NCBI GenBank assembly: GCA_035084275.1
Contig: CM068745.1
Location: forward strand, 82,460,001 to 82,524,000
Reading direction: 5' to 3'
Length of the DNA stretch: 64,000 bases
Origin: Hydrolagus colliei
Lineage: Eukaryota
Shown: positions 24,861 to 36,773 of the stretch, piece by piece
Layout: each line of letters opens with the position of its first letter
How positions within the stretch are numbered: the stretch's first letter is position 1
Made by a program: the position numbers and the translations under genes
The notes under the pieces: generated by a model
What the model was told of the DNA's origin: nothing
The model's input: only the letters and a program-made list of their open reading frames with translations
Databases searched by the model: none

Positions 24861-25247
24861 CTGAGGCCCTGGCAGTCTCCATATTCAGTGGCAACCTGAC
24901 TCTCAACAAAGACAGCAACCTTAATCTCAGCTGCCTTGTGACAGGAGTAGAGGATCTAGCTGTGGTGGAGGTGGGCTGGTATTTCAGCCCCTCTCTGCCG
25001 ATCGGTGCTCAGAACCGATCACTCCTGGTGTACATGGACCGAGAGGCAGTGGTGAACAATTGGAACTCTGTCACGCTGAGCAAGGTTAGCAGCAGCGAAT
25101 ACAGACTGAGAGTGCAGCGGGTTGACCAAACGGACAGTGGCTATTACCACTGCACAGCCTCCGCCTGGATTAAGGGGTCGAGCGGAATCTGGAAAAAAGC
25201 AGCAGAGAAAACATCTAATTCTGTCCCTGTCAGCGTTAGTTTCTTAG
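24861..25247 (+). CDS. PTGFRN: PTGFRN exon 4 (Ig-V domain 3)
   Basis: Acceptor ttcttttcag|CT, donor TTAG|gtaatt, 387 bp. LSC...W...DSGYYHC Ig-V pattern. Confidence 0.93.
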
Positions 25248-25399
25248 GTAATTTTAACACTTACTGTGCACTTTATTATAATAAACTTTGCATTTATTAT
25301 CATAATACCTTTGAGACGTCTTAAAACACTTTGCAGGATTTATTGTGATGTAATAACTAGTTTCGATTCGATAACAGATTTTAAAAGAGAATGAGATCT

Positions 25400-25542
25400 T
25401 TATTTAGGAAGAGCAGGTCTGTTAGGTTATGGGGAGAGAGCGGGGCAATGGGATTGAGTTGCTCTGTTCAAAGAGCCGGCACAGACTAGATGGGCCGAAT
25501 GGCCTCCTTTTGTGCCGTAAAATTCCATGATTCTATGATTCT
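25400..25542 (+). mobile_element. CR1 3-prime end
   Basis: gggccgaatggcctccttttgtgccgtaaaattccatgattctatgattct. Confidence 0.85.
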
Positions 25543-25759
25543 AGTTTCCAGGCAAACATGGCAGCCAATTTTATACAAAGCAAATGTGTCCCAAACAGAA
25601 ACCTTTATTGTGTCACAAATCGGTATGTTTTGCAACTGCATACAGGACACTTAATAATAATAATAATAATAATAAAAATAATAATCCTTGCATTTGATAC
25701 AGTGCTTTTCACGTTGAGGTGAACTTTGATTTGTGAACTAATCTGCTTGTCATCCTCAG

Positions 25760-26197
25760 ATTCTTCTTATAATGTGAGAATGAAATTGGTAAAGGGAGCT
25801 CGTGCCTTTGGGGATTCAGCGTTGATGGAGTGTCAAGTGGTGGATGTGCAGAACCTTGGGAGCCCGGGCATGGAGAGTTCCAGACTCACCGTGTCCTGGT
25901 ATTTCAACCCTGAGACGAAGGACGGCAGTGGACAGCTGAAAAAACTCCTGGCATCGATGGACGAAGACTGGATACTAAAGGTGGAGAGCGAGTATCGGGA
26001 GCGGGCAGAGAAGGGAGAGTTAATTTTCACCAAATCTCAGCAGAATACTTTCAGGTTTCAGATTCAGCAGGCTCTCGTCTCTGATAAAGGAGAATATTTT
26101 TGCGAAGTCTCTGCCTGGGCTAAGCATCGGGATAACTCGAGGATCAAATCTAAGACAATCTCTTCGCCCTCTGTCAACATGTCCTGGCAAACACAAG
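25760..26197 (+). CDS. PTGFRN: PTGFRN exon 5 (Ig-V domain 4)
   Basis: Acceptor catcctcag|AT, donor CAAG|gtgaaa, 438 bp. MEC...VSW...DKGEYFCEVSAW. Confidence 0.93.
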
Positions 26198-26299
26198 GTG
26201 AAATAAGTGTTCCCTGGCATATTCTGACAAGAACAAATGGATTGGGGGGGGGTAGCGGATTATTATTAAAAAGCACCTGATTGAGGTTGGACACTTGAT

Positions 26300-26860
26300 C
26301 TACAACAACAACAACAACAACAATTTACATTTATATAGCGCCTTTCACGTCGGGAGGATGTCCCAAGGCGCTAAACAAGAGGCGTGTGACCCGAGCTGGG
26401 AGCGGAGTGTTTGGGAAGGGGTGAAACACGAAGGGGAGGTAAAAGAGTTCGGGGTGGAACAAAAGGCACGGTCGAAGAGGAAAGTCTTCAAACCGGCCTT
26501 GAAAGAGGAAAGGGAAGAGACGAAACGGAGGGATTGAGGGATGGCATTCCATAGGGTGGGAGCGGAGAAACTGAAGGCCCGGCCTCCGATGGTGGGGCGG
26601 TTCGGGCGGGGGGCTTGGAGCAGGCCAAGTCCTGTTGAACGGAGGGTCCGGGTGGGCGTGTAGGGGGAGAGTAGATCGGTTAAATAGGGCGGGGCAAGGC
26701 CGTGTAAGGCCTTGTAGGTGAGGACGAGGATCTTAAATTCGATCCTCTGGAGGATGGGGAGCCAGTGGAGACGGGCGAGGGTGGGAGTTATGTGGTCACG
26801 GAGGCGGGTGCGGGATAGTACACGGGCTGCAGAGTTTGGGATCTACTGAACGTTGTGGAT
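26300..26860 (-). mobile_element. Young L2, 5-prime-truncated copy in intron 5
   Basis: Reverse complement is about 95 percent identical by eye to 58060-58620; (AAC)n tail at 26300. Confidence 0.93.
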
Positions 26861-27334
26861 GGTATATCATACCCAACTGTTCCAGCAAGTTTTGAGATCC
26901 AGCATTGTGTGCTTTAGACAATCCATAAGATAATGGGAGAGGTTTGATGAAGGACTGTTGGTCATCATCTTGGGATGCCCTCCCGACATGAAAGGTGCTC
27001 TACCAAATGTAATTTTGTTGTTGTTGTTGGCTCATTTGATCTCATGGCCACCAGAATACCCACTCTCTGACTTTCCTGTTAAACCAATCAATCGCAGCAG
27101 CCTCACCCACCCTTCCAGGTAAACAATTCCTGGAAGCCACATAAACGAGAAGCTTCCTTCTGTTTAAGAAATACTTACTGTTTTCTGTCTGAAACTTGCC
27201 ATTCACATTCCAAAGCTTGCAAAACCTAGTCCCGCTGTTCTCTCCATATAAGGCTGCCAGGTGGCTGGCAAGTCAAATACTTTTTGAGAGCAACAGCAGC
27301 CAATTACAGTTAACCTATAGGTTCCTTGCATTTC

Positions 27335-27528
27335 ATTGTTTTGTGGGACGCTGCTGTGCGCAATTTGGCTGCCACATTTTGCCCACAAATATACAGTCAA
27401 TTCTCGTGCTCTTCTTCATCCTGCCCCGACCCCTCCCCCCCCTCGCTCTTGTCCCTGCCTAACTGTAAAGCTCTTTGGGATGTCCTCTCGACGTGAAAGG
27501 CACTATATAAATGTGAGTTTTGATTGAT
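27335..27528 (+). mobile_element. Chimeric SINE: SINE body with L2-type tail
   Basis: Junction tacagtcaatt|ctcgtgctcttcttcatcctgccccg also occurs at 60061. Confidence 0.7.
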
Positions 27529-27594
27529 TTGCTATAGCACTACATCAAAGACAAGTCTGATTATTATTATTATTCTTGTTCTCCTATTTCTCAG

Positions 27595-28008
27595 CTCCAA
27601 GCTTGAACATTAAAGCAGTAGGGGAGACGCCAGTGTCTACAAGAGGCAACACGTTTGAGATGACCTGTAGCATCTCCTCCAAGCACGTGAACGTGTCCCG
27701 TTATTCTGTGATGATAGTGATGAAAGAACCAACCTCCCCCGATGCGAGTGACATTAAAACACTAATTTCCTTGACCCGGGATTCCGTGGTCCAGCTGGAG
27801 ACCTGGGATACCAAGGACCGATCGGAAGATGTCATTCTGGAGAAGGTCAGCGATAACGAATTTCGTTTCCGGCTGTTCAGGACCCAGTTTGCTGATGAAG
27901 GAATGTATTATTGCATGGTTCAGGCATGGATACCAGACACCAATGGCGGCTGGCTCAAGTCTGCTGCAAACTCATCCAACACAGTATCGATTGCCTTCAA
28001 AACAGCAG
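27595..28008 (+). CDS. PTGFRN: PTGFRN exon 6 (Ig-V domain 5)
   Basis: Acceptor tatttctcag|CT, donor GCAG|gtaagg, 414 bp. MTC...RYSV...DEGMYYCMVQAW. Confidence 0.93.
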
Positions 28009-28557
28009 GTAAGGTGTTGCATTCAATCACTTTGGGAAAGTACGGTATGGTCCTGACCTTAACTCAGGCTACAGTTATTCTGGACATACATATCTGCTTC
28101 TCCAGGAAACTGGTGATCTGAGGGAAGAAATTTCTTTGGGGTCTTGGCTTTTTTCCTCCCTCAACATTTCAAAGTGTGGACATTCAGGAAAACTTTTAAA
28201 TTCAGCACCAATTTTGATTGCCGGTTTTTCGTAGTCCTAAAAAGGAAATCCACCTTCTAGATTTAAGATAGATTTTTTAAGAATCAAGCAAAATTTGTAA
28301 TAAAATACTAAGCTTAAAAAAAAGTTCCAACACTGGATTCAGATGGAATTCCTCCAGGGCCATAAAAATCCCTTGGTGCGTGGGTAGTTTTGACTTTGAA
28401 ACAAATGGAAAGTTTGCGACCTTGAATGTGCACTTGAGTAGAAGTTTCTGAAAGTGAGAGAGGGAGGGTTCACTTTTGAGCGATTTTTTTTTGGTGGCGT
28501 CCTGGTTTTCCTCGGAAGTCTCCCAGCTGATCCCACAAAGAGATTATTTTCCCCCTT

Positions 28558-28582
28558 CATACACACACACACACACACACAC
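28558..28582. repeat. (CA)n microsatellite
   Basis: Direct reading. Confidence 0.9.
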
Positions 28583-28592
28583 CACCAATGAA

Positions 28593-28689
28593 ATGGGACA
28601 GCTGTTCTACATCTGCTTTCTGACGCTGACTGCGCTGCGAGGTTGTGAATCAGGGAGAACAATGAACCTATGTTTGTCTGGAAGCACAA
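28593..28689 (+). CDS. Candidate alternative first exon in PTGFRN intron 6 (unproven)
   Basis: gaaATGG Kozak context, MGQLFYICFLTLTALRGCESG...ST, phase-1 donor ACAA|gtaagc in frame with exon 7. Confidence 0.3.
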
Positions 28690-29419
28690 GTAAGCCCTCC
28701 ACACACCATCAAGGCCTTACTACCTTACATAAGGCAGGCATTTTCAGGACAGAATCGCAGATTATACTAAAATAAATACTCATTTTAGTTGCAACCATTT
28801 CCCTGGCAGGAGACAGCTCATGAATGGTTAAAACTCCACGTGGTGGGATAGATTAACCCCCAGGGCAATTCTCCAAAAGGTTCTTAGCGTCACAGGGGGT
28901 TTGATGAAATAAGCATGTCTCAGTATTTCCAATTGCTCTTCCAATTGCGTTCTGTTTCTTTCAAAGACAAGAGTAGCAACATTTCTTTTGGTGAACTACC
29001 AAGAGTTTTGCTCAAACTGTAGAGGAATAGAGTATTTCGCTCTGCTGACAAGAGCTGAAGTTTAAGAGTTTTCCATACATTATGTATGAAGTTAAAATCT
29101 AAGCTAAAATTTTCATAAAAGACTGTGAAGTTTCATGGCTCAGGTGGGTAAGAGCTTTGATGTGCAGCCCAAATTTAAAATTGGTTAATTGGATGTTGTC
29201 CTTGGGAGCAATATGTTATAATCTGCAAAGACTCCCATGTCTTTGGAAGTTATCTGGCGGGCGTCTGCCTTCAGTGTGGTGGGTGGACATTTAATGCATG
29301 ATGCAACCTTACTCAATGCATTCTATCGTGAAACGTAATATTAGTTCCGTGCACAAATACAATGAACTTGAACGTTTACTTGCGCCTTGATCAGCTTCCG
29401 TTTTTTAAAATCTTTTCAG

Positions 29420-29527
29420 CTCCTCAGTTTAATGTGACGTTAGAGTCTGAAAACCACTTCGTGTCACAAGGAGAGACCGTGCAGATTAACTGCATCATAG
29501 ACCTGCTGGCGATATCGAAGAACACAG
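29420..29527 (+). CDS. PTGFRN: PTGFRN exon 7 (first part of Ig domain 6)
   Basis: Acceptor tcttttcag|CT, donor ACAG|gtaagt, 108 bp. APQFNVTLESENHFVSQGETVQINCII. Confidence 0.92.
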
Positions 29528-29987
29528 GTAAGTCTGAATTGGAGAGAGATGTCTGGAAATCTTATCACAGGAATATTCTACTTTCGCAAGAGTAGACTTT
29601 CTCAAGAATAATTAGCTACTTGCTTTGAGAACTTTGCCTTAAAGCCTTTACTGTTAGATAGACTCATGCATTGTGTAATTCATCCATTGACTGTTGAAGG
29701 TTGAACAGCCCTAGCAGTCCTGGATGAACAGATATTCTGCTGTGTTTGGCGATGTGTTTATTTTACACATTCAATAAGTCTTTTGTGTTTTAGCACAGTC
29801 AATGTTTCTTTGAGTTGCTAACAACTCTACTGCTTTCAAACTAAACATTTTTTTTTAAAATGGTATAACCTATAACCTACAGAAACTTAACTTTTCGGTA
29901 ATTCAAAATATAGCAAACTGTACAACGCTTTTCAAGAAACATTATCACTGTGAATAGGAAGCCCAAAACCTATTGCGAAACCTACTA

Positions 29988-30352
29988 CAGTAAAACCTTG
30001 TTTGTCTGGTACCCAACCAACCAGTATACTCAACCAACCGGTATTTCCCAAGTGTATTGGGAGATCTGGGACACTCGCGAGTATGCTCACTTTGCAGTAT
30101 GCGCACTTACTAAATTTAACGAACGTTGGAATTTTTATTTTACCGATCATTTTACTGAGTGTGCTGGAATGCTTTATTGGTGAGTATCCATTCTGTTATT
30201 ATTTAGTCTATTATTAATATGGTATGTTTTAAAAATTAAGTTAATTTTGGGGGGTTGGATTTTCGGTGACTTACCGCTCGAATATCCGGCATATTTGATT
30301 AATCGGCACCGGGCAGGTCCCGAGGGGTGCCGGATAACCAAGCTTTTTACCG
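29988..30352. mobile_element. Tigger/pogo-type MITE (365 bp), same family as 23136
   Basis: TA flanks, left end CAGTAAAACCTTG. Right arm gaatatccggcat...caggtcccgagg...cggata is shared with the 23136 copy. Confidence 0.8.
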
Positions 30353-30414
30353 TAATTAAGTTGTATTTCAGTAGTTGTTGTGGTCTGGTCTGAATTGCGT
30401 CTCGCCTCCTCTAG

Positions 30415-30717
30415 ATGTTGACTATGAGGTGGAGTGGTTGGCTTCCGAACACTTCCACTTCAACGGGAGCCAAAGCCTCCTGGTCTACGTAGATCAGACG
30501 TCGGTGGTGCACCATGCCAATGGCAACACCACCACACACATCAGCGCCGAGAGGATCAGCGAACACGAATTCTGCTTGCGGATACATTGCGCAGAGAGGC
30601 GAGACGCCAGGCTCTATTTCTGCGCCGTGACTCCATGGATCAAATCGGAGAGCGGAGACTGGCAGAAAATGAAGCAGCGAAGGTCGGATCCACTCGCGGT
30701 ACGAGTCGACGTTTCAG
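30415..30717 (+). CDS. PTGFRN: PTGFRN exon 8 (second part of Ig domain 6)
   Basis: Acceptor cctcctctag|AT, donor TCAG|gtgtga, 303 bp. YFCAVTPWIKSESGDWQK resembles the recalled human YYCSVTPWVKSPTGSWQK. Confidence 0.92.
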
Positions 30718-31019
30718 GTGTGAATTGCAAGTTTCTGTTTTATCCGGAATTACTGAGGAGACGCAACTGATTCTCACAATGGCTGGGATGGGGTGTGGGG
30801 GGGGAGAAGCGTTGCATTGACAGAGGTACCGTCTTAACACATGCACTGTCTTAAGAAGTCTTGGGTGTAGTTTGGTTCCAAAATTGCGCAAGGATTTCCT
30901 CTAGACTTTATTTGAATTTTTGAAAAAGAAAATTAAATCCCAGGCAATAATGCTGGGGTAGGAAATTCAACGTTATCAGATGTAATGGCTTTTATTTTGC
31001 ATCCTTGCATTTGAAAATA

Positions 31020-31120
31020 ATCATCCTTATATTTATACAGCACATTATCACGTCATTGAGAAATCTCACAGAGTATACTGTAAAGTAAATTGACTGTATC
31101 TTGTGTGGACGAAACGCCAG
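31020..31120 (-). mobile_element. SINE tail fragment
   Basis: aatcatcctt...gtaaagtaaattgactgtatc antisense tail. Confidence 0.6.
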
Positions 31121-31383
31121 TTGCGCACTACTGTATCCTACAAACAGTCATGGATTCGGTAGAGAGAGATAAGGAAATCTTCCACCAAATTATTCTCCTC
31201 CAAAAAAATTTCTCCTCTCTCACTGGCTCATCCATACGTTTCCGAACTTGTTGATGTGAGTTTAGAATGGGAAATTGTGTAAAAATCTTTGTTAGATTTG
31301 GGAATTTATTGGAAAAAATCATGAACGAAGTGATTGTGGGCTGAGTTGTATCTCTCCTTCAACTCTCCACCCTTTCATACCAC

Positions 31384-31717
31384 AGAGCACTCGCCTTACA
31401 AGCGAGCGACGTGGGTTCAATTCCAGTCAGGGTGAAATCTTGGGCAGGTTTCCTTACTCCGCACTTTCTTACTCTAATAATAATGATACCTCCAAAAATA
31501 AACAAAAATAAATTGGTCACTTCAATCCATTGTCTGTTTGTGGTGGGGGGAAGGGGTGGGGGGCTGGTGGGGGGGGAACGCTACTGTGGGCAATTGGCTG
31601 CCGTGTTTCGCTCACATATATACAGTCAATTCACGTTACAGTATATTCTGTAAAGCCCTTTGAGCGAAAAGCACTATATCAAATGCAAGGATTATTATTA
31701 GTAGTAGTAGTATTATT
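31384..31717 (+). mobile_element. Young tRNA-derived SINE
   Basis: gagcactcgccttacaag...gggttcaattcc head, body and tail. Confidence 0.88.
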
Positions 31718-32025
31718 CTCCCCTGTGTAAAGTTGACACAGTGGTAGTGTTAGTGGAGCCTCGCTGCTGGAAAGAGTGGGCATTTTTGCGGCATTAAAGT
31801 ACGTGGCCAACGCCCAATCCAGTACAGCCTTGGGTTCAGAGTCTCATGAGTCTCGTGTTCCCTGCGGAGCACATAGGTTGTATTGCGATGTGTTTCTAGT
31901 GGTGGCAGGTCGCCAGTGACGCTATCACTTTCCTGATGAGCGAGGTATGGAACCTGACGAGGCCAGAGAAGAACTAACTCTTGACTTTTTGTTTTCTTTC
32001 TCTCTTCTTCCCCTCGTTTTTTCAG

Positions 32026-32198
32026 TGCTAGATTCCTTTAAGATGCCTTTGATATACGGGATCACCAGTTCCTTGATTGTGGGAATCCTCGCCTGTGCGA
32101 TTGGATGGTGTACTTTGCAGTGTTGCTGCAGGGAGGAGAAACACAGAACGAGAAGGGAGCAGCAAAAATTAATGCAAATGCAAATGGAAATGGACTAA
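32026..32198 (+). CDS. PTGFRN: PTGFRN exon 9 CDS (TM helix, juxtamembrane Cys cluster, cytoplasmic tail, stop)
   Basis: Long polypyrimidine acceptor ttttttcag|TG. Reads VLDSFKMPLIYG...WCTLQCCCREEKHRTRREQQKLMQMQMEMD*, compared with the recalled human VLNAFKYPLLIG...HWCCKKEVQETRRERRRLMSMEMD*. Confidence 0.95.
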
Positions 32199-35100
32199 GG
32201 ATCTCTTGCGCTGGAGGCAAGAGAGAGACCATCGGGTGAAGAACAGAAATTGGACTCTGCAGTTTTGAGAAGGAAAAAAAAAGGCAGATGTCAGTCAGTG
32301 ATGTCTTTTTACAATTGTTACATGTGCAATGATTGTATTTTTTTATAAGGAAGCCATTCCCACTCAATTTTTTTTAATCAAATGAACAATAACTCTTTGG
32401 CAAAATGATTTAAATGTGGTTTTTATGACGATTTTGTTTATTTTGTCTGTCAGGGTGAATGGAATCCATGATGAACTCCCATCTAGTCCTACCAATGATT
32501 CTGAATATTTGCTGTCAATGGCTGTAGAGAAAAAACATGAAGGACTCCCCTTCGTTGCCGTTGGTCAGCATTATCATGGTTCCAAATTATCTTGTTGGGG
32601 GAGAGGTAACGGGAGGAAAAGTTGCCTGTCATAACATGGGGATTGGGTCTGTGACCGCATGCCAGCGAGACCAAAACCAAAACAATTTAAAATCAAGAAT
32701 CAGAATTAAACTCTTTGAGTGATTCACAGCTGTGTTGTGGTGTTGCAGAGTAAGACTGTGTACTCTTGCCTAAATTCCTCTGAATTTCCCGCTTGAAAAA
32801 AATGTCCGAAGCCACGGAACAAAACTGAACACGCAGAAAGCACTATGATGTGTAGCTGTCAGACAATCTTTCATTGAGAAAGCACACAGGCCAATTGAGG
32901 AGAAAGGTTTAATCTACCTAGCTTTAAATTGATGTCTTTATATTTAAGCTTGGAAGCGGTTTGTTAGGAGGAGAGGGGAGAGTTGCTAGTTTCAATTTCA
33001 CAGAATAATTCCCTGGGGCTATTAGAGAGAAATAGATTGCACAGTTGTTTTTTTATTGCTTCCTTCAAGAACACATGATTTGAAAATGTATTAACAAGGG
33101 ATATTGTACTGAGAGAGGCTGCACCAGTCCTGTGTGCTTCATGAAATTGGCCCAATGTGAAACTCACAGCTTTCGCTTGAACAATATATCTTCACATCAA
33201 TATACATGTAATCTTAAATCAAGAATAAAAGCACACAACGGAATTAGATGCGGTATCCAACTACCAGACTAAAGAAAACTGAAGTAACTGAATGAATCGT
33301 TAACTCACTGGTCCCGGGCTAGTACCAGCGTAGGTGCCTGGAGTGGAACTGATGTGGGAACAGTACAGCCATCTATCTGTGCAGATTCATTGAAAGAGCA
33401 ACAGCAGTCCTCTCCCAAGCTATTTGAGCCAAGAAATGCACATTATTTTTTGAACCCTGATGTTGCCCTGGATGGCAATCCTAATGGACAATTGGGAATA
33501 GAATCCGCAGGTCGTGCCAACCTCCCAGAGGGAGGAGAAATCCAACTACATGGAAACAAGTACAATATAAATTTGTCTATCTACTAAATCTCTCATCTAT
33601 CGTGTACAGTAAATTCTAAAGAGCGTATGTAGGTTTCTATCTGAACTACAATAGGAACTATGTAAATATACTGCATGGGGGAGGCTCTTTGATGAGGGCT
33701 AAGGCAGTAAATACTCAACCACTCAGACAGGAAGGTTGGTTCCCTGGTCTTTGATGCCTCAAGTTTACAGTTGGACATTAGGTTAGGGTATATAATCAAC
33801 AGGAAAAGTCACAGTGTTTCTGCTGAATTGCTATCCAGTGACCCTGAAGCCAGAAATTCCATCTGGGCTAATCCCCGTCAGACCATTTTTTCCTAATTGT
33901 TTTAGCATTTGCAGAAAATTGTCGAATTCACGGTTCGTTTGGAAACTGGTTCTTTTTAAAGAATTTCCAGAAAACTGGTTTCCAAAACTAAAGCTGACAT
34001 CGCGAGGTTTACCCTCAGTCCTGTGCATTCTTTAAATTTTAGGACAAAAGTGGACTTACGGGCTAAAACTAGGTGGAATTTGGGTCTTCTGGTGGGTCTC
34101 AGATGGGATGGAGCATTGACTGACATTGATGACATGCCTCTGGTGGAAATTAATCACAAAAATCTCATTGACTCCATTGTAAACTTAAAATACATTTTAT
34201 TACTAGAAAGGACCAGGCTCTTTTTTGAATGTGGTAAAAAGCCATGACATTTACAGAATAGGGCACTAACTAACTAAATAACTAACGCAGCAAGTGAAGA
34301 ATCACAGAGGACATCACTTGGAACTGGTGCCTTTTGATCACGCTGTTATTTTTTACGCAAACAGCCCCCACACACCCACAAGTCTTCACCAAATTATCTA
34401 GAACTGTAACCTCACAGGCACAGGGAAGTGTTAACATAAACATAGGGACAGAGAATTCCAAGATTGGTTTGGAAATCACAATGGCACGTCATCACATTTC
34501 TTTAAAATTGTATTTGCAATGTATCCTATTACTATTTCTCAATTAACCTTTGGTCCCTTGAGTCTCAGATAAACAGGTTATTACTTTTAATGAGTGCAAG
34601 CGTTATCCTCGGCACATAGTACAGCCTGCAGTTTTCACCACCAGCGTTCACTCAGATCAAGGCTATTGTCCACATCCAGGCTCTCGGCTTCCGATATGAA
34701 CACGTCTGATAATGACATAAAAAATCCATTGGTGAGGATTATCTCCGAACTAAATGCGGAGAATTGGATGGTGATCTGATGTGCTAAACGCTGACTGTCG
34801 CATCTTCCAGTTCCGGCCTTAAGACTGCCATTGGCATGGTTACTGACAAGAGCTGCCGTGGAAAAAGATATCAATTGAAGTGGCAAAATCATATGAAAGG
34901 TTTTCAGGCAAATTCTTCAGGAAACGGAAGAGAGCAGCAAATTTAAGTTTGTGGAAAGAGGAAAAGCGTTGCATGTTTTATGGATTAAATAGTCCCAACT
35001 ATTCACAATATAGGACACACACACACCCAACCAGCCAGCGTGAATTGTCAATCAAAGAAAGCCCTAATGATGGGACTAACGGACGATGAGATAACTTGAA

Positions 35101-35834
35101 ATAAAGTTGAAATGGGTTCCTTGGGAGCTGAGTGGCCAGAAATGATACCGCTATGATGACACTTTCAAGTTCTGAGGAAGGGTTTAAACTTAAGAAATCC
35201 TTGAAAGTGCTCATTTGTCATTTCATTCATTATTTTGAGGGGAAGGAGCGGGCAGTACTAGACGTTTCTCAGAAACTGCTTCCAGCAGTTGTGAGAATCT
35301 GGTGTTTTCTATTGGGCCAGCTGCCATTAAAACCTGCAGCATCAAACTGTCTGGGTGAACAAAACCGTTGCTTTGTCAATGGCTCGGGCCTGAAGCTTCC
35401 AGTGTCTGATGGCTAGTCGGTGAATAACATTCGCTGGAGGGCAAATCTCTTGATCTATCTTTTGAACCTCTCGTGTTTTCCCTTTTATGATAAACCTATA
35501 TGACAAAATCAAATTATCTTTCCTTTCATCTCAGGTGATACTTATTATGAACAGAGAATTTATCCCGGGGCTCTACAGATTCAATGTGGTGGCTGCCAGT
35601 GTCAGCAATGATCACTGTGGCAGGGAGGATTCTGTCATACATAGAGATAAGTAGCTACCTTGGCCAGGCTGATTTTACAATCACTAAAAAATTCACTGGG
35701 ACAAGTGCAGACTTTTTAATTGCTGCTTATCGGCTTCAGGTTCCAATAAAACAAAACTTGTTTTAAGTGGAAATTCCCTGGCTCTTGTTATTTAGAAAGA
35801 AATGTTTTGATAGGTTGGCCCCATTCGCTCGCTC

Positions 35835-35893
35835 TGTGTGTGTGTGTGTGTGTGTGTGTGCGTGCGTGCGTGCGTATGTGTGTGTGTATGTGT
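35835..35893. repeat. (TG)n/(TGCG)n microsatellite
   Basis: Direct reading. Confidence 0.9.
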
Positions 35894-36466
35894 GAAAAAC
35901 GTTGGCTTGAGACAAGTCTGATTAGAAATGTACATTCACTTATAAAGTGCTTTACAGTGGATCCTGTGAAGTGCCATATCAAATGGAAAGATTCAATGGC
36001 AATACGTGAGCAGCCAGCATTCGCTCACTATTATAAAACAAGCTTTTTTTTGATGGTAAGCTTACACTGGTGCTGAAGTTGTTCCCAATGTTGTCTGGGG
36101 TGGAGCGCGTTTTAATGTAACAGGTTTCTTGTCCGTGCTCCTTTGTGCGTTCTTTTAAATTAGATTTTTTTTCCCTTCCTTCCTTAATTGAATTTGATTG
36201 CGCTATGCTTCCATGTCTGGTTGGCTCGCGAGGCCTCTGCCATTGCTGCTTGGACTCTGACCACTAGGAGGTGCTAGAAGAGCAACCAGACTTCCTTCCT
36301 CGCCAATCTTCACCTACAGTACTCACTGAGTAAAAGATTCTTGGGAATCTGACCTGCACTTCTCAATAGCGAGGTGTGTAGCTGAGGTTGGGAGCTGAGT
36401 GATGCAAGGCCGACTTGGAGGGGTTTTAAGTCAGATTTGATCTCTCTCTCTCTCTGAATTCACGTG

Positions 36467-36773
36467 TTGAGACCTGTGTTCGAATCCAGGCAGATCAGTA
36501 ACACCTTGGGCAAGTTTCCTCACTCCACACACACACACGCGTAATAATAATCCTTCCAAACAAAAAACCCACACTAATAAAATTGGTCATTTTCAATCCA
36601 CGACTGTTTGTGGGTGGGGGGTGGGGGGGGACACTACTGTGCGCATTTGGCTGCCGCGTTTCGCTCTCCCACAAATATACAGTTAATTCACTTTACAGTA
36701 TATTCTGTGAAGCACTTTGAGACATCGATAAGATGTGAAAAGCCGCGATATCAAACGCAAGGATTATTAGTAT
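36467..36773 (+). mobile_element. Young tRNA-derived SINE
   Basis: gttcgaatcc B box, internal (CA)n, tail. Confidence 0.88.
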
